DNA from: Octopus sinensis
Lineage: Eukaryota
Assembly: GCF_006345805.1 (NCBI RefSeq)
Contig: NC_043003.1
Coordinates: 73,098,001-73,162,000, forward strand
Length of the DNA: 64,000 bases
Direction of reading: 5' to 3'
Position 1 is the stretch's first letter. Every line of letters starts with the position of its first letter. Of the stretch, positions 12,261 to 24,989 are shown piece by piece. The translations under genes and the position numbers were made by a program. Under the pieces are notes generated by a model. It was not told the DNA's origin, made no database searches, and worked only from the letters and a program-made list of their open reading frames with translations.

Positions 12261-14264
12261 AAGGGGAGTTCTAACCTGATGTTGCCGCAACTTTCTCCCT
12301 ATCTAATTGTTACATCTTTGATATTTCCATAACAGAATGATTGAAGGGCTGAGAGGAAATGAATTTCTGTTGGCGAGTAGATAGGCATCTTACATGCATT
12401 AAGTGAAAACATGTTACTCGTTACCAAGCCTTGTTAGACATTTGTTTTCTATACCAATGTAAAGAAGATTGTAAATTTCCTTTCAAATAACTATTGAAAC
12501 TATTTCCACGTTTGTTGGGATCCTTAATTTATGATATCCCAAAACTAATTTCGCGTAAATTGATGCAGCTTTTCTATTCATAGTTGTCGATAGCTATCTC
12601 ACTGATCATAAAGTAGTCGTTCGCTAAAAGATACTGAAATATATCTATAGTAATTTCACACCAACACTGTTTATTAGTTCATAGTTCATCAGTAAACGAA
12701 TCTAATCAGCATTTGATTGTTTGGAGTTTGTAATTGTGTGTGATATTGACATATATGATTATAGGTATGGTAATATCACACACTATATATAGGTATTTTC
12801 GTTCTTAGTGTTTCGTAGATGTTTCAGGGTATCAAGATCATCTCTCATAATACTATGTGCATGTTCCAGGAAAGATTTTAATACAGTGTCTAGAAAATTA
12901 CTTAAGTGTTGTGCCTCACATGTCAGGCCTGCAATGGGCCTCAAATTTAGATAATTTGAGGTGGTTATATTCGCGTAACTGCTCCATATATATTCTCATA
13001 CTTCAGTAACTAATTTATGTACATTTTGTTAGTACATAGATTAATCCACACATTATCATACAGGATCTCAATATAAAACTAGTAAATTCTATTGTTTATC
13101 TAAAATACATAAAAGTAAATTGATTCTTGAAGCGCATGAAAATCTGAGGAGGACTAACTCGCTTTAATGGGCTAGCTTTCAAGTCTTTAACTTCGTTTCA
13201 TAAGTTCCTCAAATCTCTCTCTTAATGTTTCATCTCTTCCGAAAATCTTTGCTATCACGTTTCATGTTTCAAAAGCATCACATATTTAATGTTTAACAAA
13301 CCTCCTTCATCTGTTTCATCTATTTCACAAATTTCTCTCATCTTACACACTACTTCCTCGTGTTTTTTTTTTCAAACGAATAAAACGCATAATTTCTCGA
13401 TTAGGATTTCCAGTCCTAATTCCAACTCATGCTCCGACACCTTCCAACGGTCCCCACAGCTTTTGACTGCAACATGCAGAGAATACGAGATGTTCTCTGT
13501 GCTTGCTAGAAGTAACGACCAAAATTTCTCTAAGAATCCAGAACCATTTAAAATGGAAAGAAATAACTGTTTTAAATTTTAAAATATCCTGAATGTTTAC
13601 TGTTGAAACATCCTCCGATCTTTGACTAGCTCGATCATGCCTAACATACAGTTAAACAACAGCAACAACGATTTACGATCTGCTAGCTTTGCGACCATTG
13701 TTACGTAAGTGTCCCTCAAATGTAAGATGTGTCTATTTGCTCTATGGTATCGCTGAGAAGAGGGAATCATTTGTTTCAGTGTTTTTTTACCAACATTTTG
13801 TACATAATTTCTCAGCTTTACTTATAATATAAGTAGGTCTACCTGTGTGCAAATGAGAATCACTTTAATGATTGAAAGTAAAAAGAATTTAAGCAGCACA
13901 AATTACATTTTTGAAAAGGATTGTACAGGAAATTTGAAAGTAACGCACTTCTCTTCTCCCCCCATTTCTTATTTCTTTGCTCGAAACACTGGAACATATA
14001 TCAAAGAACTTTCTTCAATTTATATTGTGTAAAGTGTGAGAAATATAAAGGTTCGTTTCTCCCCCATTATTTAATAAACTTGTGATCATTTCAGTTTTGC
14101 AGTTAACGACTTCTACTTAACTAATTATATTCAACGCCCCATCTTCAACGTGTCGATTAAGGTATCATTCAAACATATCTTTATCTTTTATCTTTTATTT
14201 GTTTCAATTATTAGGTTACGGTCATGATGAGACGTTGAAGAAATTTTAGACGAATGAATTGACT

Positions 14265-14391
14265 CGAGTACTATTTTTTAAAATAAAGCCTAATACTTAT
14301 TCTCTCGTTCTTTTTGCCGAACCACTACGTTACGGGGACGTGAACACACCAGCACCGGTTGTCAAACGGTGTAGGGGGACAAACACAAGCA

Positions 14392-14430
<39 letters not shown>

Positions 14431-14550
14431 AGGGCTTCTTTCAGTTTCCGTAAGGCTTTGGTTGGTTCGAAGCTATAGTAACCAAAGTGTCACGCAGTGG
14501 GAATGAACTCGGAGCCATGTGGTTGAGAAGCAAGCTTCTTATCACCATGC
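14265..14550 (-). mobile_element. SINE family C
   Basis: Reverse complement resembles 28020-28428, with an internal (CA)n tract. Confidence 0.8.
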
Positions 14551-16788
14551 ACTATTCGTTGATCAAATAACTTGAAAGCGTAAAGCCGGTGTAGACAATC
14601 AATGAGATTCATGGGCGCCAAGATGCATACACATATAAAGTTCCAACTCCGTATCAACATGAAGTACTAAAACAGCTCGCCAGTTTTTATAAATGATAAA
14701 TGAATCTGTAGATGAGTTCAATAAATTAAATTATTGTGAGGAGTGAAGTATCTAACTTGTTAGGCGTTTGCCTTTTGAATAACAATGAAGAAGAGAGAGA
14801 AAAAGGGAGTTGTCACTTTGGTGATAGACCACGGAAACTCAACTAATTAATCATAATACCATCATAGCTACATACTTAGCCAAAAGTATAACCCATAAAA
14901 TAAGACTTCACCTCCCTGCGAAAAACATGTTCACCTCTTCTCTAAAATGTACTGTTACAACTGACACTCGACCGATTTCCAAGATCTGGGAGCGCACTGT
15001 TGCTTCACATACAATCCCGTAATATCGTATTTAGCGAAATCATCTAACCGATTTTATTAAACCTTCAAAAAGCTATATGATACACCCAGTATCCTTTAGG
15101 TTAACTGGTAATTTTCTCTGATCCGTCAGCAACACAACAACAGCTTCTCACTCCTTGATGTAGTAAGATATGTCTAATACAAAAAATCTACAGTTTATCT
15201 TGCCACCCTGCTGCCTTCTTTGTCTCACACTAAAATCCGCTTAAAAGTCATTAATTCTTGCTAAAAAAGCTTCTTTTTGCTGAATGATCATAGTTGTAGT
15301 AGCTCTCCTTAAGAATAATTTTTATTTATAGTTCTATAAGGTATCGTCAGACATAATAAATAAACTATACAAAAGACAGAAAACGCGATCAAAAGGAATG
15401 CTATATATCATATAATATGAAGAGCAAAGAAATTTAATTTGATAATTATCTTAGTAGAATACATTACAACATATTTATTGAAAATAATTTCAAGTTTCCA
15501 AGTTGGCCAAACACTTTAAAAGTTGTTCTAATTATAATGTATTATATGAAAAGTTAAAATAATTACTTTATATCTAAATAAAAACTGACCATAAGCATAT
15601 AATTGAAAGATTTATATATATATGTATATATATAAAAGAAATGCAGGTTTAAAATACTCTAATTAATGTTTCAAATTATGTGAAGAGGGAAAACATTCAA
15701 TTGATGATCGCTTATATAAATTTCAAAATGGATCAGAAAACTAAATTACAAACATTAACAGAATATTAGAAATATTCTCCTCGTATATTAAAATATTACT
15801 GCAATATATTATACAGAAACTCTAATATATAAAACAAAATAGAAAATATTTATTACATGTTTTGAAATATCAAATATTAAAATATTATTAAATATTAAAA
15901 AGGGCTCTTACAACATAGACAAAAGACATAGAAAACAAGAATATAGTGTTTGAATATATATAATAATGTACGTTTGAAACTAAAAGTAAAAAAAAACAAC
16001 TATAGCTGCTTGTATATAAATGAGATATATTCATAAGTAAATATTTAAAAAAGTATGCAATAAAATATGAAATAGCCACAATAAAATACAAATTTAATAT
16101 TAATAACTTCAACGCTATAAAGAAACGCTTTATATACACTGGATTACTTCAATGTATAAAAGGTCCAATAAAAGAGAGTATTATAATTTTTACAATGAAA
16201 AACCCGTAAAACCTTTGGCAAATATGTTTTTATTAGAATTTTTACTAAAATTATAGAAGACGACAACAATAAATGCAAATATTTTTCTTGTTTTCATATT
16301 CATTACAAGATTAATAACATGAATATTGTAAAGAAATTTTACATCATTTAAATAATTCAAACATAACATGTACAATAGATACATTTGATCTCACTATTTT
16401 GCATGTATATACTTGTATAATACACTGTACGTACATGTCTCTGTATTTAGTTTGCTTTTGATTCGCTTCATAACAACAGGATCTCGGATTCGATTCCACT
16501 CTCCAATACGAGGAGGAATTTGTTTCTTCTATTGTATTCTCTGCTGGAATAAAAATATAAGACTGTGATTGAAATTAGAGAGACAAAAACGGTGCTAGAG
16601 CTGACTAAATGAGTGTATGTGTATATACAAAGGGGTGATAGATCCTTTTTCGGATTTCATGATGAGTCTTCGACAATTTGAACTGCTTACTAGTTAAATC
16701 GATGTGTCAGCAGCTGCATAATTCCCCGTGACTTACACGGTTTACTTAATTCTTATGCCGAATCAGCATAACAGAATTCGTGTCAATG

Positions 16789-16851
16789 TTGTAACTTACT
16801 ATTGCAGTTATACTCAATATACGGAGATCGTACACACTCAAAGCGTAGTGT
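16789..16851. repeat. 63-bp perfect inverted repeat, left arm (right arm 17782-17844)
   Basis: ttgtaacttactattgcagttatactcaatatacggagatcgtacacactcaaagcgtagtgt is the exact reverse complement of 17782-17844. Confidence 0.95.
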
Positions 16852-17244
16852 AGTGAGACACAGAGAAATTTTAGAACGACTCGATCATTGATACACATAT
16901 TTTTGCATGTATCAACATGAAAGAAAAGAAAATTGATACATTGAGCGAAAATATTTCGAGGCATTTTGATTCTCTTGTAATCTCCTTCACTCAGACATCC
17001 TATCTTTTCTCCCGAGATCGAAAGATGCATCCCAGACAAAATACCGGGATCAAATTGATCGATAAAACACTTTAAAGGAAGACATGGATATTACTGTTTT
17101 CTACGGAGGAAACCACTATGAGATAAGAAATACAGTTTGAAATTAAATAGACTAATAAGACATCAAATTAATAGAACGATTTAGTAAAGTTACTATTGGA
17201 ATATAAATTAGTAAATTAGACTTGTTCATGGACTATGTTCATTC

Positions 17245-17776
17245 AGTTAGTTTGTTAGTTAGTTAATTTGGCTCAAAAGCAAATAGCAAGGCCATGTAGG
17301 GGGGCATGGAGTTAAGTACAGGGTGGTGTTCATGTAAAGAGTTCAGGCCACTTGAGGTCAAGGGAGACTTTGAACAAAGCGGTCGTCGGCATCTTCACCA
17401 TCTCGTCTGGCAGCTTGTTCCACGGATCCGGAACCCGGACGGAGAAAGCTCCTCTCCTTCGATTGAGATGAAATCGTCGCAGGTAGAGCTTTTCGGAATG
17501 ACCCGCAGCCGACACTCTGGAGCAGGAGTGAAGAAAAGCTCTTCGAGAGGTTACATTCCGCTTATGATGTTGTGGGCGAAAATGAGATCACCACGGCGGC
17601 GGCGTTTTTCTAGAGAATAAAGATCGAGCGTCCTCAGCCTTTCTTCATAGGACAAATTTTTGAGACCATGAACCATGCGGGTAGCCAGCTTCTGGACTCT
17701 TTCGAGATGCTGTATGTCTTTGAGGAGATAAGGAGAAGAGGCTTGAATCCCGTACTCCAATATGGGTCTCACCAGC
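17245..17776 (-). mobile_element. CR1-clade LINE, 5'-truncated 3' fragment
   Basis: RPILEYGIQASSPYLLKDIQHLERVQKLATRMVHGLKNLSYEERLRTLDLYSLEKRRRRGDLI and LRGHSEKL..RRGAFSVRVPDPWNKLP are CR1 ORF2 C-terminal motifs; (TAAC)n tail near 17245-17265. Confidence 0.92.
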
Positions 17777-17854
17777 GTGACACACTACGCTTTGAGTGTG
17801 TACGATCTCCGTATATTGAGTATAACTGCAATAGTAAGTTACAAGATTAGGAGA

Positions 17855-18065
17855 GAAGAAAGCGGTGAGTTAGCACGCCGAGCGAAATGTTTAGCAGCAT
17901 TACACCCGTCTTTGTGCCCTGAATTCAAATTCCGCCGGAGTCGACCTTGTCTTCCATCCTTTCGGGGTCGGTAAAAATAGTATCAGTTGAGGACTGGGGT
18001 TGATGTAATCGAGTTCCGCCCGCTTCCCTGAAACTGCTGGCTTTGTGCCAAAATTTGAAACCAAC
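17855..18065 (+). mobile_element. tRNA-derived SINE family A
   Basis: ttagcacgccgagcgaaatg..gaattcaaattccgcc (B-box)..ttccatcctttcggggtcg..ggggttgatgtaatcga..tgtgccaaaatttgaaacc, shared with 24313, 34797 and 51115. Confidence 0.85.
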
Positions 18066-18181
18066 ATTAAGAGATAACACACACACACATATATGGCCAC
18101 AGCTCATGAGCTGAAACTAGAATCAATCATATGTGTGTGTGTATATGTATGTATGTGTATACATATATATACATGTACATA

Positions 18182-18975
18182 CAGGGTGCGATGGATAAAT
18201 TGTCATCATTTTATACTTTTAATTTAGCGCATGCGCATTGTTTGTTTTCGATTTTGTCAACTACACAATATAGTTGGGTCAGATGGGTACCGTCTGTGAA
18301 AAAAACAAAAAAAACAGTACCATGACGCAGTTCATTCTGTTAGAAATTTGGAAATGGCCTGCTGTACTGCTTTGTATTCCCGCCGGAAGCTCCAGTACGA
18401 AAAGATGGTGAACACACAGAGCAACTGTTGGCTTTCTGTGTCCCGAAAACATATACCGAGAGTGATAAAAAAACCAACATCCAGTCAACATCATTCTGTT
18501 TGGAGTGATCACTAGTGATGGCGACGTTATGCCTACACACATCTTCCCACACGACCGCAGACTCAACATGGAAGCCTACATTAAATGATTGAAGGAGACC
18601 CCAGCCATGGCTGTGAGACAATTTCTGTGACTACATCACCCCTAACATCTGGCCACCTAACTCCCAAGCCTGCAACCCCCTTGATTATTATGTGTGGAGT
18701 GCAGTTGAGTGAGTGACCCACAAAATTCCTTGTAACTGATGAACTGAAGGCAAAGTATTATGGCAGCATTCACCAATTTAAACAAAGAGACCATCCAGAA
18801 GAGTTGCAGGAGATTCCGAAGGCGTCTGGCGGCCGTGGTTAAAGCCAATGGCAATTTTATTGAATAAATTTATTCTTTAAGTAATTCAAGATTTTTTTAT
18901 ATAATTTTAGTTGATATATCTGTTGAAATGAGATGTTAGTGTTACCTTCATTTTTGCGTAGTTTAGACGACACCC

Positions 18976-18977
<2 letters not shown>
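18182..18977 (+). mobile_element. Tc1/mariner superfamily (maT/DD37D-like) internally deleted relic
   Basis: Ends TA|CAGGGTG ... CACCCTA|TA. Encodes remnants VITSDGDVMP..IFP, IWPPNSQACNPLDYYVW and FRRRLAAVVKANGNFIE*. The WPPNSPD.NPLDY motif is maT-like. Confidence 0.8.
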
Positions 18978-19008
<31 letters not shown>

Positions 19009-19018
19009 ATATATATAT

Positions 19019-19088
19019 ACGGCAGACGATATACGGCCACGCATTTCGCCCGACGTGCTAACGTTTCTGCCAGCTCGCCGCCTTGTAT
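19019..19088 (-). repeat. 70-bp inverted copy of the SINE head at 24311-24382
   Basis: Reverse complement matches 24311-24382 with a single mismatch, including the variant gcgtggccgtatatcg not seen in the other family A copies here. Confidence 0.9.
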
Positions 19089-19099
19089 ATATATATATA

Positions 19100-19194
<95 letters not shown>

Positions 19195-19514
19195 GGATTA
19201 ACTGTTGGAGTGGACGGACGTCTATTTGTTTCTCTCCCAAGTCAGTAGCAAGCTACACAGCTTCAAAACTAACTGACCTTAAATATATATATATTGTAAC
19301 CACGTGTTTGCCTACAAACCCGTAAGTACGTTTTCATTTAACTACAAATTGTTATATACACCTGTTTTTCTTTTAATATCCTCAAACAACCAAATAATCA
19401 AAAACTCACACCCTTAAGAGAGAACATTTATATATATATACACTTCTTTAACTCCCAAGAAAGAATATATATATTTCAAAAATCAAAAGGAAAACAAACA
19501 AAAGAAAAACAAAC

Positions 19515-20450
19515 ATGACTAACTTGCAGGCCTGCAACAGACGAAATTGGTCTGATAACGAAATTGATGTTTTAATAAACACATGGCTCTCTCTTTCCCA
19601 AACAGAAAATCTAAATGTCTTGTGTTTGAATGAGATTGCCGAAAAAACATCACAAGTGGTCAACACACGATCCGTCAAACAGATTCGTAGCAAGTTGAAA
19701 CATATCGAAGTATCTTTCAAACTGATAAGAGGCCATTATGAAAAGCTTCTACATATTTTCACAGTTCAAGAACAACAACAGCTAGAAAATCAGCAGCCAC
19801 AACAACAACAACAACAGAATGAGCCACTCCTGGTTCCCAGCACAATGGCTGACCCTGACATCGGTCAGGCGCAACAACAACAACAACAGCCACAGCAACA
19901 AGAACAACAGCCACTCCTCAACTCTAGCTTACTAGACGATTCACTAAATGCCAGTATCTTTTCACCGCTCTCACAGCAACCACCACAATTATCATCATCA
20001 TCATCACCACCGCTGCCACCATCGTCTTCTATCACCAAAAATACCAACAGAAAACCAAATAAGAAACCACTGCCCTCTTCCCCCACATCACCACCTCAAT
20101 ACTACTGCAGTAACAAAAACTTAAAGAAACATAGGAAGCAGAATGCGCCCCCCACGGCTCAAACAAGAAATCCCCAAATATGCCGCTATTCACTGCGCCA
20201 GAGACTCTGCACAAATAGTGACTGCATCTTCACGCATCTACCCGGCACTAGACGCACTACCGGCCAAGGCCAAAGCACGCATCCCACAATAACATCAACA
20301 CCACAATAGTAAATCGAAATTCAAAACACACACAACTCGGAGTCCCAAAATCTGCCGGTATTCCAACGTGAGAGAACATGTCTACTGAGTGACTGTCCCT
20401 TCACTCATCTTCCAGGGACCCGACGCACAAACAGAAACGGGGCCTCAAGC
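19515..20450 (+). pseudogene. LINE ORF1: Myb/SANT-like N-terminus, polyQ/Pro-Ser linker, two CCCH zinc fingers (second finger frameshifted)
   Basis: RRNWSDNEIDVLINTW...EIAEK...RSVKQIRSKLKHI (trihelix-like), then CRYSLRQRLCTNSDCIFTHLPGTRRT (C-x8-C-x4-C-x3-H). A second copy at 20350-20430 reads ICRYS(Q)RERTCLLSDCPFTHLPGTRRT after restoring one base. Confidence 0.75.
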
Positions 20451-20706
20451 CAACACACAAACCTGAATAACAATAAAATAGAAACACACCATGCTGCAGT
20501 AATGCTGGTCCAGTCTTTTCAGGAAGACACAAAAACAACAACAACAAAAGTGGAAACTACAACCCTATCCAACAGTGCAACCACACCTCCAGCCAAAAAC
20601 TGCTCCCTAAGCAGGAAAATTCTTTTTTAGCCATGTTGAACATGGCAAAAGAGATACACAAAAACATTCTAGCCATCACTCAACACCATCCTATGCTATT
20701 ACCCCA

Positions 20707-23700
20707 GTGCACCAATTCCCCACATTGCTGCCACTAACACACACAAAAAATCCAAGCCCCCTGCAACAGTCAAAATCAGCCACTACACTAACCTCCACAT
20801 TCCTACTCAATGCACAAGGTGTCAACCCTTCCATCAATGCACAAAAATGGAAGGTCCAATTCATTGAAGACTGGGTTGGTAACCATTCACACCACATCCC
20901 TTTCTTCATTCTCACTGAGACCCACCTTGACAACTCCCACTTGGAAGCCGAAGTGAGAGTGAAGAATTTCACAACCATCCGCGCGGATCGTATCGGCAGG
21001 AGGAAGGGTGGAACTGCCATTTTCCTGCATGATTCATTTACGGCAGATGGAAATAGTATATTCTCCAACGGCTACTGTGAATCAGTCACCGTGCACAACA
21101 AAGCCAATGACCTGACAGTAATTGGGCTCTATAGGCCGCCCCAAACACCCATACTGTGCTTTAAAGAATGCCTCAACAGCATTAAGTGCTTTATTCAACA
21201 GTGCCATTCTAGCAACATACTCATGATGGGAGACTTCAATCTACCCTGTGTTGACTGGACTACAAACTGTTTGAAACCAAGCACTCCCGCCTCAACCGCT
21301 GACAAAGAAGCAGCAGAGTCACTTTTCGACTTTACGAACGAGTTTTTCTTGTCCCAACTTGTCCTTGCACCAACAAGACATCAGAACATTTTGGACCTAG
21401 TGTTTAGTAACCACACTACTATACATAACGTTACAGTGGAAAAAACCCTTCTTTCAGACCATGACATGGTTCTCTGTAACATGAAATTCCACCAGCCGAA
21501 AGCTAATCCTAGTGACCTTCCTCCAGCCCACCCATTTGACAACATGGATCTCCATAAAGCCAACTGGGATGCAATCAGGAACGAGCTATCAAATGTTGAC
21601 TGGTCCTTTACACATACACACATCTCCACCAACCATAAAACATCTTGGCAGATCTTTGTAGACACCGTCACAGACATATGTGCAAAACACTCCCCACCAA
21701 GACCTGTGAACAAAAAGTGCAGAATCCCCCAAAACAGAAAAACCATTATCAGAAAAATAAAAAGAACAAACAAAAAAATTAACAAACTAAAGTACTGCCA
21801 ACAGCAACACACACATTCGACGGCTATCGCACTGCTTGAATCCAAAAATATAACCTCCAACAATGCATGAAGACCCTCATCAATAACCAAAGATCAGCTG
21901 AGGAGAAGTGGGCCATTGAAAAAATCAAACTCAACCCAAAGTGTTCTTTTCATTTGCGAGGAAACGCAGGGTCACTGTCTCCACTGTAGGCCCTCTAATT
22001 GACGAAACTGGCACTCTCCAAGATAATGCCAAATCCATGGCCGAGATACTGCAGAAACAATACTGCTCTGTTTTCAGCAATCCTGATATGGCCGATCTGG
22101 GCTGTATCAGTGATGTCAACCCCCCACCACTATATCGGACATAACGTTTAGTGCCCCTGATGTCTTAGCGGCGATAAACGAAATAAAACACAATTCAGCA
22201 GTAGGCCCCGATAGGTTCCCTGCTTGTGTCCTGAAGGTGTGTCGACACCAACTTGCATCTCCCCTTGCTAATCTGTGGAGAAACTCACTGGATGCTGGCT
22301 ATATTCCAAAAAACCTTCTGTCCCAGTCTGTTGTCCAGTTTTCAAAAAGGGAAACAAGTCCCTTGCAGTGAATTACCGTTCGATCTCACTCACCTCTCAT
22401 ATCATCAAGGTATTTGAGAGGGTGGTGAGATCTCGAATAACCCAATCTGTTGTCCCAGTTTTCAAAAAGGGAAACAAGTCCCTTGCAGTGAATTACCCTC
22501 CGATCTCACTCACCTCTCATATCATCAAGGTATTTGAGAGGGTGGTGAGATCTCGAATAACCCAATTTCTGGAAAGCAACAGACGGCTGATCTCCAACCA
22601 ACATGGGTTCCGTAATGGAAGGGACTGCCTAACGCAGCTCCTGCATCACTTTGAGGACATTTTGAGAGCTTTGGGAGAGGGCTCCAACACTGATGTCATC
22701 TACCTTGATTTCAGTAAGGCCTTCGACAGGGTCGATCACAAGATCCTATTGAAAAAACTATCCAACATTGGTGTCTCTGGAAAGTTACTGAAATGGATTA
22801 AGTGTTCCTGACAGACAGATCTCAACATGTTGTAGTTGAAGGGGTAAAATCAAGCCCAGCCAAATTCAGTAGTGGCGTTCCGCAAGGCACTGTGCTGGGC
22901 CCACTTCTTTTCATCATTTACATTAATGACATTAATGACATCATCAAGCACAGCAACATAAAAATCTTTGCAGATGACTCCAAGCTACAGAAGGTCATAA
23001 ATGAGGCGAGTGACCGGACATGCCTTCAGTCAGATCTACTGGCTGTTATCCAATGGGCAGAAAAAAACAATATGCTGCTGAACGAGGATAAATTTGAGCT
23101 AATCCACTTTGGAAAAGAGGATGCCCTGAAACTCCCATACTCCCTTCCTTCAGGTGAAACTCTCGCGGCGTCCAACAACATCAGAGACTTGGGAGTAATT
23201 GTGGACAACAACGTAAGCTGGGCCACTCATAAACACCAAAGTTGACATGGCCCGCAGAATGTGTTCCTGGATTCTCAGAACTTTCCAGTCGAGAGATATC
23301 CACACCATTATCCTTCTCTTCTCCACTTTTGCCCGACCCCACCTTGAATACTGTTGTCCACTGTGGTCTCCCCACACAATACAAGGTATCATAAAAGTTG
23401 AAGCACCTCAAAGGGCAATCACAAAAAAGATAGATGGCATGACAGGCCTCGACTATTGGGGTCGACTAGAAAAGCTAAAATCTATTCTCTCCAACGTCGT
23501 CGTGAGCGCTACATCATCTGCATGATGTGGAAAATATTCCATCAGCATTGCCCAAATGATGTTGGCATCACCTTTAAGGTACATCCAAGGCTTGGGCCCC
23601 GTGCCATCCGCCCAAAAAAAATGGCACTCTCATCTCATAACAACAATACGGCACAATTATTTCACCTCAATTGGCCCCGCTCTCTTTAACATTACACCAA

Positions 23701-23849
23701 AACACATTAAAACAGAAACTGACCCTATAGGGTTCAAGAAGTCTTTGGACAGATTCCTTCAAGAAATCCCGGATAACCCCCCTACACCCGGATATGTCTC
23801 TGTAAACAATAACTCTCTACTTGAGTGGGCCATAGTGCCCAAATTCTGA
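20707..23849 (+). pseudogene. LINE ORF2: apurinic endonuclease plus reverse transcriptase, with frameshifts
   Basis: APE motifs NAQG, LTETHL, GGTAIF, YRPP, GDFN, LDLVF and SDH. RT motifs QHGFR, YLDFSKAFDRVDH, GVPQGTVLGPLLF and IFADDSK. Split over ORFs 20707, 21941, 22275, 22802, 23247 and 23556. Confidence 0.95.
22322..22560 (+). repeat. 119/120-bp tandem duplication inside the RT domain
   Basis: 22322-22440 and 22441-22560 repeat SVVPVFKKGNKSLAVNY..ISLTSHIIKVFERVVRSRITQ; the junctions share ccca(g/a)t. Confidence 0.95.
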
Positions 23850-23939
23850 CTTGAAAGACTTCACCAGGTGGTGCTATTAAGTTAGACATGGCCTGGGCCA
23901 ATAATGGCCGAAACCTATCAAAGTATCAAAGTATCAAAG

Positions 23940-23976
<37 letters not shown>

Positions 23977-23980
23977 ATTA

Positions 23981-24059
<79 letters not shown>

Positions 24060-24177
24060 ATATAATGGTAATTATATATATATTATATATATATATATAA
24101 TATATATATTATATATATATAATATATATATATATAGTATATATATATATAATATATATATATTTTATACAAGGCAT

Positions 24178-24213
<36 letters not shown>

Positions 24214-24229
24214 GTATAATATATATATA

Positions 24230-24310
<81 letters not shown>
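23940..24310. repeat. long interrupted (TA)n tract
   Basis: Directly visible; contains a stray atacaaggca fragment near 24167. Confidence 0.95.
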
Positions 24311-24312
<2 letters not shown>

Positions 24313-24315
<3 letters not shown>

Positions 24316-24533
24316 CAAGGCAGCGAGCTGGCAGAAACGTTAGCACGTCGGGCGAAATGCGTGGCCGTATATCGTCTGCCGTTACGTTCTGAGTTCAAAT
24401 CCGCCGAGTCGACTTTGCCTTCATCCTTTCGGGGTCGATAAATTAAGCACCAGTTGCGCACTGGGGTCGATGTAATCGACTTAATCCGTTTGTTTGTCCT
24501 GTCTGTGTTTAGCCCCTTGTGGGGTAGTAAAGA

Positions 24534-24535
<2 letters not shown>
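24313..24535 (+). mobile_element. tRNA-derived SINE family A, full head
   Basis: ggcagcgagctggcagaaacgttagc (A-box region), gagttcaaatcc (B-box), and 3' gccccttgtggggtagtaaagaaat. Confidence 0.9.
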
Positions 24536-24613
<78 letters not shown>

Positions 24614-24624
24614 CAATATATACC

Positions 24625-24800
24625 CGATCCCGATTCGTTGAGTGGTTAGGGTGTTGCACTCATGATCGCAAGACTGGTTTCAATACCTGAACCAGGCGTT
24701 GCCTTGTGTTCTTGTGTTAAACACTACATTTCACGATGCTCCAGTTCGCTCAGCAGCCAAACATGAGTAATACTGTGACGGACTGGTGTCAACTCCTGGG
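24625..24800 (+). mobile_element. tRNA-headed SINE family D (CORE/Meta-like centre)
   Basis: gagtggttagggtgttgcactcatgatc..ggtttcaatacctg..ttgtgttcttg..aacactacatttcacgatgctccagt. Confidence 0.6.
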
Positions 24801-24989
24801 CGGGAGCAATATATTTCCCAGAAAATGCGGGAAATCGGCCTTATTAACCTATGGCTCGCAAAAGAAATTTATTCCTTATACATATGGCTGTATCAATGGA
24901 CTGGAAACTAACTGGGGCATCTCCTTGAAAAGTTTAGTCGAACAAATCGACTCCACTATTTATTTTTTAAAGTCTAGTACTAATTCTAT

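Larger units (their letters stand above)
19195..23939 (+). mobile_element. near-full-length CR1-clade LINE (ORF1 plus APE-RT ORF2, disrupted)
   Basis: 5' UTR, ORF1 (19515-~20450), APE domain, RT domain, 3' UTR hairpin GGCC-AATAAT-GGCC (23896-23909) and an octamer tail (TATCAAAG)x3 (23916-23939). Short tandem-repeat tails are a CR1 hallmark. Confidence 0.93.

Noticed and set aside
13150-13600. Possible Merlin transposase or PHD-type ORF1 remnant (EIDE, C..C)
   Set aside because: The motifs are too short and interrupted to distinguish from chance.
19770-19920. PolyQ tract as part of a host transcription factor
   Set aside because: It lies within the LINE ORF1 position, between the 5' UTR and the APE domain.
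24083-24346. ORFs rich in IY, HT, CV, poly-N/I/L/M/Y (here and at 2816, 8286, 19058, 28731, 31009-31648, 42386, 47280, 50717, 52358, 56009)
   Set aside because: They are translations of (TA)n, (CA)n, (AAT)n and (CAT)n microsatellites.
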